The notes beneath the pieces are model-generated. The model made no database searches. It worked only from the letters and a program-made list of their open reading frames with translations, and was not told where the DNA came from. A program made the position numbers and the translations under genes. Below are positions 1 to 14,629 of a stretch of DNA of 64,000 nt, piece by piece. Location: NCBI RefSeq assembly GCF_009914755.1, contig NC_060925.1; one strand, given 5' to 3'. Source of the DNA: the human T2T-CHM13v2.0 reference genome, Homo sapiens. The stretch's first letter is position 1; each line of letters opens with the position of its first letter.

Positions 1-519
1 CCACAGAAAGAACAATGGCAAGGCAACACTCCTAAATTAGTCATCGGTGCTGTTTGATTTGCTCCTGTGCCAGATGTTCCCTCATTGATCACTGCCTGGC
101 CCATATGTCCTCTCTGAACAGGGGAGCGAGTGGAGCCAGCAGCCGCCACTTCAGAAGCAGCCACCAGAGCGGGCTAATGGAGTCCTTGGCAGGAGGTTGC
201 CATCTGATTGGTTTGCCACTGTTTCTCTTAGAGATCAAGGGCATTATACAGGCAGCACACCTGCCCACTCTCAGGGCCAGGCTCCGGGCAGTCAGGCAGC
301 CTCAATTCCTGAAAGGCCCTGGTGAGCTTCCCAGAACCCCTCAGCAGCGTCCCTGGCCCTCTCACTCTTTTCGTCCCTGTCACAAGAAGCCCCTGTGGCA
401 TTTGTTAAACAGCCATTGCCATGTTCAAAGTGAGGCTCAACCTGGCCTGCAGTTTTTCTGTTCTTATTGCTTCTGAGCGGAGGACTGGGGGGCACTCTGC
501 CCTTCTCCGACTTAAGGGT

Positions 520-1100
520 GGAGAGGGATCACAATTTTAAGCCAGCAGGTAGAGGAAAGAGACTGGAGAGCTGCTCATCAGGGATGTTGGCTGGCTTGTC
601 CTTTTATATCACTAAGAACTGCCATGTGGATATAAGAGGCAAGGACACCTTTCCCAGCTTCTCATGAGGCCTGTAAGAAACATCCCTTTTATCTGCCCTC
701 ATCATCCCATTCTTCGGGAAACCCTGCTTCCAGCCATTCTTGGGTACCTTGATCGGACTGGCCAATCAGAGAACCTCTCTATAATTTCTAAACCAATGCT
801 GGGCAGAGAGTGAGCTCCGTTCCCGGGGAGGGAGTTATGGGGTGTGAGGCCCAGAATCCATCAGTATCTTGTGGGAGAAGTCAGAGTGCTCCAGCGAGGA
901 TAGGCAGACACTAGCAAGGATCCAGCATGGACCTGAGTCAGGGGCCCCTGAGGACCAACTGCAGCTCTACCTTCCTGTTTGGCTGCCAGATCCTTCCTTC
1001 AATTACATAGGATGCTCCCATATCCTTCCTGTAATTTACTATTTGTGCCAAGGCCGTTTTGAGTTTCTGTCACTTGCGTCTAAAAGAGTCTGGACAAATA
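520..1100 (+). mobile_element. Old MaLR LTR (MLT1 family)
   Basis: Ends with MLT1-like tttctgtcacttgcgtctaaaagagtctggacaaata; left boundary approximate. Confidence 0.6.
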
Positions 1101-1919
1101 AGTGGATCAAATAAAAGGGGAACAGGACAGTACCCTGAATCACCATGATTTTGAAACCCAACTCTCTGACTAACCAATCTGCCAAAAATAGATTCCTCAA
1201 ATAATCTATTTGCCAAAAGAACTCATCACAAAAGAGAATGTCCCCACGCTTTTTTTTAGCCATGTCTTTTCTGAGGCTACTTTAGCATTTTGCTCATTTA
1301 GCTATGATGTCTATCAGATTCTTCTAAATTGAATGTCAATTTCTTCTAGATTTCACTTCTTCAGTGCCTAGGGCGTCCTGAGCATAGAAGTTCTGTATCA
1401 ATTGGATGAGTTTCTCTTTGATACCGTTTGCTCCCTCTCTGACTCGGGAAGTGTGCCCATTTTCTGCCTACTTCTCCACTTCATCAGCTCCTAACTTGTG
1501 CCTGTCTTTGCCCTTCACCTTGCTTGCCCTTGCCCACAAAATGGCTGTGACAAGCTGTTCTATGTCCAGTTAAAATCCGTATCTGACCAACTGTAGTAAT
1601 TTTAGTAATATAGCAAGCCAGCTACTATATGAATTGGATTTGAAAAAGTGTTTCCCAGTGATTTGACCAAGATGCCAAACACTACAACCAACCAATGAGT
1701 ACGTTGAAAAATAAAATCCAAAGAGAATCTGCAAAATTTAGTTTTCATCTCCCTTGCCATTGAGTGGACTAGACCATTGACCCTAGTAGTGGGTCTCCCC
1801 TGACTGACTCCCAAGACAAATTCTACCCCTGATCTGAAGGGTCTATAGCTGTTGCTGTTGGAGGGCCAGGACTCCCTCTTGGACTGGGCCATGCTGAGCT
1901 GCTGTGGTGATCACCTCAC

Positions 1920-2140
1920 TGCCCCACTGTACCTCCCCCTACACACTGTACTTCTCCTTAATATTGTGTTGCTCACCTGTATTAATTAACTTAATTAGTT
2001 ATAATTCCCTGTTCACTACATCCATCTTCACTGGACTGTAAGTTCCTGACAGCAGGAGTATCATTTCAGCCTGTGTCATCACTGAATCCCCAGTGCCTGG
2101 CACGGGGCTGGTTGCACAGTAGGTGCTCTTCAGCTTTTGT
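1920..2140 (+). mobile_element. L2 3' end
   Basis: gactgtaagttcctga...ccccagtgcctggcac...cagtaggtgctc motif series typical of L2 termini. Confidence 0.7.
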
Positions 2141-3379
2141 AGGAAATCTGGAGTTAGCCAACCCTGTTAGGTAAATGGCACCATTTGGGAACCATCCGAT
2201 CTTTGGCCTCCTGCACTGACTCTGCTACTGCCTCACTTAAGCCTCCTGAGTTGACCAGGCCCTGTCAGCCACACCTTCTTTAGCAGCTTTATTCCTTCTG
2301 ATGACCATGTGGCTGGAGGAGTCTGGTCTTACCTGCTGGACAAGCCCTGCCCAGCCTTCCACTTTCAATTATATGACCTCAATGCCTATTTCCTCCACCT
2401 CCCATGTCCTTGCCTGTGGGTAAACCATTGTCACTTCTGTGGGCTACCCAACAGAAGAAGATGAGTCACCTGACATCCAACATATGCCATGGCAGGAGAA
2501 GGGGACCCAGCAGGATGCTAAGTAAGAAAGAGCAGGCACCTTAGAAACCAGGCAGGGCAAGGGCAGTTGCGATTGGCCAGGTTGGGGTCAATTTCAGGTT
2601 CTACCATTTATTTGCCATGTGATGTATTATAAAGAAGAGTTAATGATAATTCCTGGTTTACAGCACGCTAACTGTGAGCACAACAAGCCACTCAATAAAA
2701 TACAAAATTGGGGTGAATTATAAAGGAGTGGCTCGGCCAGGCCAGGCCAGTTAGGATGACAGTTGTGTCTAACAGGAACTGGAAAGCTGCCAATAGTCCA
2801 CGTCTGTCTCTCTCCTTCTGTGCCGTTTCTGCTTCTGTCTTTCACATTCACTTTCTCCCCCTGCGCACTGGCTTTCTCTGCACTATTAATGGCAAGCACT
2901 TGTTAGTGTGGCCACCTAAAATGGCAAACCAGTCTTCTGAGACCACACAACCTTCTAACTTTTTTCCCTGAAATTAAGAGGCTCAGTCGCTGCTTCCCAT
3001 TCCAAAGCTTCAGGAGAGTTTCTTATTGGTCCTATTTAAATAATAAGATTTACATGGAAAATAAAGCTGTCAAGTCCAGGCTTTGGATGTGTGTATGCGG
3101 GGAAGAGAAAAGAGGGAAGTAAAATAGATTTCAGTAAGGAGTGGGGTGCTAGGGAATTAATAGGGACCACTACTCCCCTTCTTCACAGTTGTTGTTATGA
3201 AAATATAGACAGTGGCCAATGGAAAATGCCTGGTTCAGAGCAGATGCTCACTAGTTCCCTCTCTTCCTCTGCCACTACTTGGTCACACTTATCAGCTAGC
3301 TAAGGAGAACTCACAATTACAGTTTCTGCCCGAAGTCACCCCTTGGCCCCTAGGACTCCCTACCCTTCTCTCGCTTTTT

Positions 3380-3429
3380 GCAAAAACAAAAACAAAAACA
3401 AAACAAACAAAAAACAACAACATAAAAAC
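3380..3429. repeat. (CAAAAA/CAAA)n simple repeat
   Basis: Seen directly. Confidence 0.85.
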
Positions 3430-3614
3430 ATCTGGCTGGACACAGAAGTGCTCCCTACAGCTTTCCCCCTGACCTGGTGAAAGTGGGCCCCCTGATTTCC
3501 CCCACTATGCAGCACCCCACAGCAAGCCCACCTCCTGAGCAGAAGCCCAGAGGGTGCCTCTGAGTTCAGCACAGCTGCTGCAACCTGCCTTATCTGACAT
3601 TTGCCTCCTGAATT

Positions 3615-3763
3615 TAGGGTGCCCAATTTAGCAAATAAAAATACAAAACACCCAGTTAAGTTTTATATAAACAACAAGTAATTGTTTAGTGTATGTTTCA
3701 AATATTCATTGCTTGCCTGAAATTTAAATTTAACCATGTTTTCTGTATTTTGTCTGGTACCTA
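3615..3763. mobile_element. MER53-like hAT MITE, internally deleted
   Basis: tagggtgcccaatttagcaaataaaaatac...tgtattttgtctggtaccta; imperfect palindrome with TAGGG-type termini. Confidence 0.7.
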
Positions 3764-5022
3764 GTCCTGACCAGGTCTTTGCTTGTTTGTTGTCAGATGT
3801 GACTATCTAACTACACTCCCACTTTGGACATACACTCATATTTGCACTCCAAACACAAGCAGGCCCATGGTGAATGCTCAATAAACTTAATGCTCTTCCC
3901 ACCCTTACCTGTCTGCTTCACTTGAAAGTCTCTAACCACAGTCCTGTTCTTACTTGTCTGACCAACTTCTAGCCTCAGTTTTATATGCCTGATAATTTAC
4001 ACTGGGCACCAGCCCAGCCCAACCCCATAACAAACCACGCCATTGGCTCCATACCAGCTGTTTCTGTTGCCAGAATGGGTGCCGGTTTTGCTTATGCACT
4101 AAAACATAAAGATAATAACTTAGCCCTTTCCATTTCATGTCCTCGTTTTCATTTCCCTCTAAAAGAGTGATCATCCAGCAAGCAAAGAATCACTTAATGA
4201 CTTGTACTATTTCATTTCTTCCTCTTTTGCACTATTTCATTTTTGGTGTTATATTCCAGAAAACCTCTTTGGCCCTCACTTCCTGTCTCTGTTGAACTCT
4301 TTGTATTGCTTTCTTAAGGTGTTTTTGTTGTGCTGTCTGGCTTGTTTCCCTGGAACTACATTTCAGAGTGCCTCACTGAGGCAAGAATGAGGGAGGCAGA
4401 CTGCATTAGAAATTCTCAAGTTTGAGAATTGATGAAGGTCTTGGATCATATCCCTGAATAATGCCAAGGTCTTGGAGTATATTCCAAACTATTTCATTTC
4501 ACCTTATGACTCAGATATCAGAAGTTATATATTTATATCTGAGGCTAAAAAAGAGTGACAGTTTAAATTGTCAAAGACCCCTAAAACACAAAGCAGGCCC
4601 CAGACCCAAGAACATCATGATTCTGAAGAGAAAAGTGTGAGAAAAGATCAGAAAACTCTTAGTCAGTGAGGCCTGGCAGATGTAGGAAAGAAAGAAACAC
4701 CTGCTCAGGCTACCATGGAAGACAAAACAGAACATCTCTCAAATTAGAGAAATAATAAAAATTATTTGTCATCACAAATAAAATGTTTAGCGATTGAATG
4801 AATTTTTGCATCAAGCTCATTTTGGTGGTGGTTACGAATACAAACATCAAAAGTCTTTTTCAGGGAGCCCAAGAGAGAGCAGATGTTAGTTAGAATAAAA
4901 TTGGAGCAAGGCAGACTAAATTTTGTTTTGTCCTGGTGTTGCATTTATTATTTCATCACATCCCCTTAGTCAGCACTGCAACCTGTGCAGAAATTAATCT
5001 ATGCAAATAGCTTGGTCCATAG

Positions 5023-5186
5023 AAGTCATTCTCAAAGTGTAGTCCTGGGCCAAAAGCATCAGCATCATCCAGCAACTTATTGGAAATACAACTGCTTGGA
5101 CCTCACCCCAGACCTACTGAATCAGAGAGGCTGGCGTTGGAGCTCAGCAAGCTACACGTTAAGCCCCCCAGGTGATTCTGATGTGT
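5023..5186. mobile_element. MER5A (hAT-Charlie)
   Basis: ttctcaaagtgt...agcatcagcatca...cccagacctactgaatcaga...ccaggtgattctgatg. Confidence 0.8.
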
Positions 5187-5632
5187 TTCAGCCACAACTG
5201 GGATGTCACTCACATGCTTCTTGTGGATCACCCTAAAACACATCCAAAACCCAAGATAAATGGCCGTTCTTGTCAAAGCATTGTTTAAAAATATATCAGG
5301 ACTCTAGTTTGGCCCTTTCCCTTGCTTGACATCCAAGCCCTGGTGTTAATTCCAGACCCAGAGAGTCACATGATTATTCCCCGCCACAAACCTCTTCAAT
5401 AACACAAGCATTGTTTTGTTGCTCTTTACCCTCATCTAGTATCCTGAAAGAGGGGGAGCCAGGCAGACAGAGAAAGATGGAGAGACTGTCACAACCTGGC
5501 TCTGCTGCTTCTCCTGGGGCTGAAGGGGAAATAAGTCCTAACTGTCACTGGCTAGATGCTCTCCTCCCAGGTGAGGGCTTCTAAAATGAGAAAGGAAACA
5601 TTCAAAAAAATTTCTCAGGGAAAAGCAAACAC

Positions 5633-5862
5633 TTTTTTTTTTGAGACGGAGTTTCACTTTTGTCGTCCAGGATGGAGTGCAATGGCGTGATCTCGGCTCA
5701 TCACAACACCTGCCACAATGCCCAGCTAATTTTTGTATTTTTAGTAGAGATGGGGCTTCGCTATATTGGCCAGGCTGGTCTCGAACCCCTGACCTCAGGT
5801 GATCTGCCCACCTCAGCCTCCCAAAGTGCTGGAATTACAGGCGTGAGCCACTGCACCTGGCC
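5633..5862 (-). mobile_element. AluS with ~60-bp internal deletion in the right arm
   Basis: Poly-T, then gagacggagtttc...; jumps from cacaac to acctgccac at ~5707; ends cctggcc. Confidence 0.92.
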
Positions 5863-6000
5863 TAATTTCTATGTTTTGAAAAATGTTCCATGGCTAGATA
5901 AGATGTTAACATTAGGGAAAGCTGAAGGAAGAGTATATGGGATCTCTCTTATTATCTTTGCAACCCTTCTGTAAATCTCAAATGTTTCAAAATAAAGATA
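5863..6000 (+). mobile_element. L1M 3'UTR fragment
   Basis: gatgttaacattaggg...tatatgggatctctc...tttgcaac...ctgtaaatct...aaataaa. Confidence 0.65.
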
Positions 6001-7379
6001 AAAATATTATAAAGCATTTTTGGAGCATTCAAAAGCACTTAGTCATTCCTTTGCCAACTGTGAATCATATACCCAAGCAACTGTTCTATGATGGTATTGC
6101 ATTCGATTCTAGAAGACGCAAAAGTTCTCAAAGCTTCAAATATTCATTTCGACCATCTCTCAAGGGACTATCACATCCTAGGAAGACAGATGGAATCGCT
6201 CCCTGCTTGGGTAAGAGAGCAGCTGGAACAGGAATTCTGTCTGCAGCAATGCCCTGCCTGGCTCCATTGTTGAGCTCCCTCTCACATGACTATCCCACTG
6301 TGGCATTCATCACACCTTTCTTGTTGGCTGCCCCAGAGAAGAAAAGGAGCGTCTGAATATTCAGCCATTTTATCTCTTTCAAGAGAACCCACTCATCCAA
6401 TCTGCTTAATTCTCCATTTGTCACAAACACACAACGAGGACATTTAAAATCCATTTTTGCTTGGTTTTATTTTTTCCTCCCAGAATGAAAAGAGCTCTTT
6501 TACCTCTGAGGGTTTATGTTCCATTATTTCATTGGCATTGATTTCTTTGCCACGTAGCCCAGCTTATTTCAAAAGTGTGAAATCTGTCCTTGCTATACAT
6601 TGCCATTGGAGTTCATTTTCTATACTAGTTCTCAGGCATTGCTTTTTTTGGAAAAACAAAGAATCCTGACTGTACAGTGATCTTGCTCGCAAACTATTTC
6701 AGGATGACACCTGACCCAGGAGTTTTGCATTCTGGCTCAGCTGTTCCTGGTACTGTTTATTATACAAGATTTCCCAGTGAGCAAAGGCTCTTGTGCCCCC
6801 TGTGGATCACAAAGAGCATATAATTGGATAGACAAGAAGGGTAACAATGGCCATCCGGTATCTACCGAGCCCCTCTCCTTTGGAAATCGTTGGCATTTCA
6901 TCTTCATGATCATTTGCAAATATTCAATGAGGGGCCCTTTGATGAAGGAGATGATGAAAACATTAAACAAAATGAAGAAGAACCTGTCTCAGACATCTGA
7001 TCATTAATTCTTACTAGAGTCCTAAGGCAAATCAGAAATAGAGAAACAGATCAATCCTGTGTTCAGTCACCCGAGACTGGAAAGCAATTGGAAGGAAAGA
7101 AGATCTGAGGCTAACGGACTGAGTCCATGGGAGCCTAGTGGAGACTCACATGTACTCCAAGGTGCACTGACTTTTTTCTGGTGGAGAAATGAGGACATGC
7201 CCAGAAATGAGACTCTTGTGCAATTGTGGGCTGATGTGGGAGACATGATCTTGGTTGACAAAGTACCTCGAGCCATACACAATTATTGAACTCCATGTCT
7301 CCAACTGGCAAGACAGTGCCTAAGATTATCTAAGCTGGAAACTTGCTTGCTTTAAAAACAAAAACAAAAGAACAGAATC

Positions 7380-7870
7380 ATATTTATCATGGTTGTTTAG
7401 CATATTTACTCTACAAACAACATTTTAATACATCAAAAAGTATCACCATAATTCCAACATTTAGCAAGTCAACTCTTCTAGTTTATTCAAGTGCCCTTTT
7501 ATGAATTGCCCATTTGTAATCATTTTTAGAAAATTATAATCAGAGCATAGATTTCTGAATTTTGCTGTTTAGCTTTAAACCACAAACACTTTTTCTAAAC
7601 CACTATAAAATATCCAAAATTATGGTTTTTAGCCTCTGTACAATATTCTGTTTTGTTGTTATACTACAATTTATTTAACTATAATTTATTTAACTACTGT
7701 TGGCCATGGACATGTTTTCTAAATTTTTGGTATTATAAACTATAACTCAATGTATCTGACTTTTTTCTTTCCCTGGATAATTTACTTGGGATAATTTCTC
7801 AAAGATTGAATTGAGAGGTTCAAGGATAGGTTCATTTTTTACAACTTATAAGTAATTTTTCATGGGCATT
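7380..7870 (-). mobile_element. Old L1M(E) fragment
   Basis: AT-rich antisense L1 ORF2-end motifs (ctgttggccatggacatg, tttttggtattataaac, aattgagaggttcaagg). Confidence 0.5.
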
Positions 7871-7949
7871 ATTTACGTGTTTCTTTGTTTAAGTAAGTAG
7901 AGAGAACTGAAGATAAAGGGGTACTATATATGCACCCTTGTTTCTGTTG

Positions 7950-8930
7950 ACCACCGGAGCTATATATCAAATCATTTACTGGACATTTCTGCTTGGATGT
8001 TGCATAGGTATTCTAAATGAAACATTCCTACAACTAAACTTGTCATATTTCTATCAGCTCCCCAAATCTGCCTTTACTCCACGGTCCCTTGGCTCAGTGA
8101 AGTGTCACCATCCATCCCATCACTTGAGCCAGAAGCCTGAGAATCACCCTAATTGCGTCTTTGCCCTCACCTTTCCCTTCATCTGATCAAGCATTGTGCT
8201 GTGAGTTCTATCTTCTAGGCATCTGTTGAACCTGACCATTTCTCTAAAGATTCACAGCCCCTATTCTAGTCTAAGGCACCGTCATCATCACTGTTACCCA
8301 CTGCCTAGCCACCTCCCTGGACCCTGTGCCTCTGGTCTTAACACACAGAGAGATCTCTCTAAAGCGTTGCATTCTGGGCTTAAAACGCTTTGTTCTCTCA
8401 TTCCCCTTTGCATAATGTTAATGTTTTCATCATGGTTTACAGGGTTATTCAGGATCTAATCCTTTTGAACTTCTCAAGTTTCATCCCATGCCTCTCCCCC
8501 TTGTTTTCTCTACACAAGCCATCCCGGTCTTATTTCAGTCCCTGAAATCTCCCCTGGGGGCTCTTGCCCTGGGGCTTACACTTATGGCTTTCCCTCGATT
8601 ACCCCAGTCCACCGCCCATTCAGTTATCTGAATCCCACCCACCCTTTGTGTTCCATCTTAAATGTGTTTTCCTCAGAAAGAATCGATCACTACCACCACC
8701 ACGGCCTGTCATAGTCCCCGTAATATGCTCTCAAAACACTCTGTGCTTCCCCTCTGGTAACATTTATCTCCCCCATTTATTTATTAAATGTCTGTCTTCT
8801 CCACCAGATTGTAAGCTTCATGAAGGCAAGAAGGTTTGTATTGTTTAAGACTATATTTTCAATGTCCAACATGCATTTGAGACACTATAGTTTCTCTATA
8901 CATATTTGTTAAATGCATGAATAAATAATG
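7950..8930 (+). mobile_element. L2 3' region
   Basis: cttggatg...aaactt...ccagattgtaagcttcatgaaggcaag...atttgttaaatgcatgaataaat. Confidence 0.8.
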
Positions 8931-10677
8931 AATGAAATAACATATTCTCAGACCCTATTTAAGATGGTTTCCATAATATTAAACAATATTCCAAAAATCC
9001 TGCTTTCAAAGACCTTGCTTATGATTCACATCTCCACGTTTTATACCAAACTCACACTAAACAGCAAGGAGACTATTTTAACAATTGACTTCCTTTTCCC
9101 ACATGCACAGATTATTAATACAACAGCAGGCCGGTGACTAAAGGTAAGACTAATCCTACATATTTTCTTCTCTTCCCTGCCTCTCAGACTTGTCCTTTTG
9201 GAGAGGAGTGATAAAGCAGATGGATTTAGTTTTTATGTCAGTCATCATCAGCTGAGTAGAGGTTTTTGTGTGAAAGAAAAAGCTAGTATTAAATTGATTG
9301 ATGGTTTATTTTTCCTATTTGCTGTTTGGTCATTGGAGTGACACCAGGAGGGCTGTCTAGTTAGAGGTGTGTGAGACAATAGCTATAACAAAGGCTATTC
9401 CAGACACAGAATTCATTGCTCATAAATGATCCCTGGAAATGAGCATATTGACACATAGTCACCAATAAACTCGCATGCAGAACTGTTCGGAAAAATTTAT
9501 CTTGCACTTATTCAAAGGGCCATAAGGAATTAAAATTAGCATACAATCTTGAGAGGAATATTTGTAATAGATTTTCTCTTTTTTACAAATAGGAGATGAC
9601 AAATAATTCATACATATATTAATAATTCCACCTTTGAGTTTTCTTCACTTCTGTTCATATAACCAGGTCCTGGAGGATACGCAAATATGTGATTTCCACG
9701 TGCTGCTGTGGTTGCACGTGGCACGGGTGTTATGCCCTAGCAGACCTCATGTCTAGATACTATTGCTGTTATCATTCCTCTTATTAAAACATCCAAGGTT
9801 TTGCCCTAGAAGATGAAGCTCCAGGCAGGAAGAAATAGTTTACCAAGTGGATCCAATATTGTCTGACAGAGTTTTACCTTCCCCCTGGGACTTGCTCATA
9901 TCAAATTCCTCTGCCACCAGACTGCCCCCAGAAATGGCTGCAACTCCTTGAATGCTCTGGCACAGGTGGGGACAAAACCTCTCTCCCTATTTATCTTTGG
10001 CACAGCTTAGCCTGGCTAGGCCTGTCAAAAAAAATTAAGGTACAAAAGGTGCACAAAAGCAGGATAAACCGAGAAAGTAAGAATCTTAAAACAGCCTACC
10101 TACAAAGAACACGTTTCTGACCCTTCCCTAGCTACCTTGCTCTGGAAGCTCAAGGGCCCTTCCCTTCCTACAGTTTCTCTCCTGAGGATGTTATACTTTA
10201 ACCTGAAAAGGGGGCAAAGCACCCTACTTCCTTGCTTCTCAGCAGAGGTGTCAGTAGCTACAAAGGAGCCTCCATCCAAAGTCTGAGTGAGTTCTCCCTT
10301 TGTTCCTCCCCTGCAGACAATATCAAAAGTGTCTCATCTTTCTCCTCCCAGTAGGAAAAGTGAGTATATGAATAAGAGCGACCATTTGTTGGATTCTTTT
10401 TCTAGGCCCAGCATTGTGATAATAGAAGGTTTCTCGGGGAACAGGTGTAGATGGAGAGATAATAGGGGAGAGGTTATTTTATGGTTCAGAGGAAAGAGCA
10501 AGTTCACAAGAAATATAACATGGATTTCATGGGAATCATTAGGAAGCAGGTCTTTTGTTTCTCTTGCTCTCCCCCTTTTCCTTTCGGTATTGCTAACGGG
10601 AGTGGAAACAGACACCAAATGTGGAATTTAGCTCATGCCTTACCTACTGGCCTGCTTATTGGAAACACACTCCAGAC

Positions 10678-10891
10678 CAGTGCTGCCCAGTAGAAACTAT
10701 CTCCAATGATGAAAATAGTTTCTGTCTAATAGCACTGCCCAATATGGTAGCCACTAACCACATGTGACCACTGAGCACTTCAAATGAAATGTGTGACTAA
10801 GTAAGCGCATTTTAAAATTTTATTTAATTTTAATTAATGTAAAGTTAAATAGGTACACATGGCTCATGGTTATGGCAGTGAACAAAACAGC
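10678..10891. mobile_element. MER3 (hAT-Charlie)
   Basis: gcactgcccaatatggtagccactaaccacatgtg...ttttatttaattttaattaat. Confidence 0.75.
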
Positions 10892-10898
10892 TCAGGAG

Positions 10899-11533
<635 letters not shown>

Positions 11534-11756
11534 CTAAGGAGGCTAAGTATGACAGTGACCCAGTGGAAACTAGGTCCAGCATCTCAGCAACAGAGGTGAT
11601 GCCCCACACCCACCAGCCTGCTTGCCACAATGATCCATCTAAAGAGATGCCTCAGGACCCTCTGCTTATTTCCTGAGGTCTGCACACACCCTTCGAAATG
11701 CGCTTTAATAGCACTCTGTAATTTCTCCTTTGAGGCTCTGCTCATAGCTGTCCCCT

Positions 11757-11964
11757 GAAGTCCTCACTTAACATTGTCAATAGATTCTTGGAAACTGTGA
11801 GTTTAAATGAAATGACAACCTACAGCAGGGCCTCCAATAACTTCTTTTCCTTCAATGTCATTTTGTTATAATGTTGATGAGGAAAAAAAGAGTTTTGTTT
11901 ACATAATTTCACTTAAAGTCGCAGTTTCCAGGAACCAATTGATGATAAGTGATGACTCACTGTA
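11757..11964. mobile_element. MER6B-like Tigger MITE
   Basis: Inverted termini agtcctcacttaac...ttcttggaaactg / cagtttccaggaac...aagtgatgact; internal cagcagggcctccaataac. Confidence 0.7.
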
Positions 11965-11989
11965 ATTTAGAAATTATTTGTGCCGATCA

Positions 11990-12420
11990 TTCATTATTTC
12001 TTCTGTTTAACAGATATTTACTGAGCGATTACTCTGCATGCCCCAGGCACTGTTTCTGGCACTGGGAATGCACCGGTGAACAAAGCAGGCAAACTGCCTG
12101 TTCTCAGGATCTCATGTTCTAATCAGTGAAGCCAGAGCTACACTAGTGAAGAAGTGAGTATGTAATAGAACAGGGATTGATAAGAGCTCAGTAGGAAAAA
12201 AATATAGAGCAACATATGGGTATGGAGCGTACCAGGGATGCTGTTTTTGATAGGCAAGTCAGGGAAGGCTTCTCCAAGAGCTGTTGTACGCACAGAGCCC
12301 TGAATGGAAAGGAGGAATGAGGCATGAGGAAATCTGGGGGAGAAAACTCTAGGCAGAGGCCTCCGTCAGTTCGAGACGTGCTTGAGGCTGAGCAAATGTG
12401 AAGAAGGAGCGTGGCAGGAG
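11990..12420 (-). mobile_element. L2 fragment
   Basis: atatttactgagcg...ccaggcactgtt...gggaaggcttctc antisense L2 3' motifs. Confidence 0.7.
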
Positions 12421-13319
12421 CCAGATGCCTCCTCTCAAACTACGCCCTGGATCTACCCTCTGCTGCCGCTTTTGGAGATCCAGTCCCAGACCCCAGAAGC
12501 CCCACCATGGTGACAAGAGACATGCAGCACATCCTTGGGGGAAGGAAAGGGTCCAACACCCTACCTGGGGGCAGAAACTCATCTCAGCTGGCACATCAAG
12601 GTCAGGGGCCTTACCTCTCCTAGTATCATGAGGAGGATCTCAAAGCAGGGAAGGGAAGCCAGCTGAGGGACCCCTGAGAGGAGATCAGGGGATAAATACT
12701 TTGCAACAGAATCCCCATGGGAAACATGGCAAAATTAGTAACAGGAATGGAGCCTCCCTCAGAGGATACATGAATCGTTGAGTTGAAAATAACCACAAGG
12801 TCATCAAATCCAGCTGCCACCAACTGCCTGAATATTTTCAACAAATTTTTGAACAAGCAGTCCTCCAGCCTCCTCCAGCTGCATCCAGCAGCTCAGTGCT
12901 CCACCTGACAGCCCCTTCTGATAGCGTGAAGGCTCAGAAAGCCCCTGTGGGGCCCAGCACATCCTGGGGCAGGCCTCTAGTGGGCAGAGGGCAGCATACT
13001 GGGGTCTGGATCTAACACACTCCTCCATCCAGGTGGTATATTTATAGACCTGTGCTTTACAGAAAAGACTTCTGGTGAGATCAAGACTTTAGGCTGTTTA
13101 TGTGGCTTCTTTCATGAGCCAACTTTAAGACATTCCCCAGGGGAAGGGCAATCTTTTGTTGTTGGCTCTTGCTCCTGTAAAAGATCTTGGAGTCATGATT
13201 TTAGAACCAGGAGGAACTTAACAGTGATCTAGTGCAAACTCTTCATTTGACTTGTGAAAATTGAAGGCAGTTTCGAGCCTTGAGGTGAAATGCAGAGATT
13301 ATTCCCAGTGTTCCCTCTG

Positions 13320-13900
13320 AGGCTGCAATGCCTAGAGCTCTAGGTAGTCCCTGCTTCCGGGTCCTCTCATGAAGCCGCCCTGGGACCTCTCTTCTCAGTC
13401 CCCACGTGACCTGATCCCCTGCATCCATGGTCCTTGTAGACTCTTCCCTTGGTCTTAAAATTTTCCTCCCTTGGCCTTTGCAATACTATTCCCAGTTTCT
13501 TTCCATCTCTCTGGTTTCCTTTCCATCTCCTTGGCTGGATGTTCCTCTCCATGCCCCATAAATACACTGCTCCCTATGGCATGGGCGGGCCCTGTCTCCC
13601 TACTCACTCTACATATTCCTTCCCTTGATTACAATCGCTGCCTACATATGCATAATTTAGAAATATGCATCTTCAACCCACAGCTAGATGGTTGTACTCC
13701 AGACCCATAGATCCAATGATTTACTGATGATCTCCATCTGTGTATATTATAAGCATCTTTATTCTGCATGTTAAAGACTGAATTCACTATCCACTACCCC
13801 AAACCCTGTCCCATTCCTGTATTTCCTACCTCTTTGATATCTATCTTTAATTATCAAATCTCCAAACCCAGAACTTATCCTAGACTTTTCCATTTCACTC
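13320..13900 (+). mobile_element. L2 fragment
   Basis: Pyrimidine-rich L2 ORF2 remnant (ccttggcctttgcaatac, tcactctacatattcc). Confidence 0.6.
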
Positions 13901-14629
13901 GATTTCTACTCCTAATCTGTGCCTGCCGTGAAGACATGATGGAAGGAATACAGTAAAAGATTGCATCATGGTTTGAGGAAAGCAGCTTCCCCTTCCAACC
14001 CCGAGGATGCCAAGAATAAGATACAGAACAAACCCTTCTGATAAAGTGAGCAGATTAAGCTGTGCTCTCACAGGCGGGACAGCCATGACTTCAGTCCATG
14101 GACTGTTCTACCAGCCCCCAGTCCATCCACCTTCTGTGTTTACCTCCTACCAATCCAGCTCAGATTCAGGGTCCACCTCTTCAACTACTTTCTTTCCAGT
14201 AGAGGGCAAGTCACTTATCTAATCATCACAACAGCTGGAAAATTTCAACTACCTTCCTTCTCCATGACTGCACCTGGCCTGCTGACTGCTGACGGCAGAC
14301 ATTTTTCAACAAGCACATTGGCTTCGCTGTGAACTCCTGGTCACCTGACTCAGCTTCATCTGCAGCACTTCCTGTTAACATTGCACTGTTTCTGTAGTAA
14401 GCTCACTCTTCTTTTCTTCACGATAACCACCGCAAAGCCCCTCCCTGCATGCTCCTTACCTCTTACTGCTACCCATACTCCAACCTTCACTTGCTACTTC
14501 ACAAAGAAAGTAGACCCCATCAGCTAGGAACAGCCTCCAATAGTTGTCACAAATCTGCAAGCACCCATTCTTCTTGCTCCCATCCTGTCAAAATGGAAGA
14601 GGTGTCCTTTTCCCCATCTAAAACCAATC

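Noticed and set aside
158-176. CTCF-like GCCACCAGAGCGGGC
   Set aside because: The 3' half departs from the CCASYAGRKGGC core.
54-476. 140-aa ORF at the window start
   Set aside because: Non-ATG start, no recognisable domain, no convincing exon structure.
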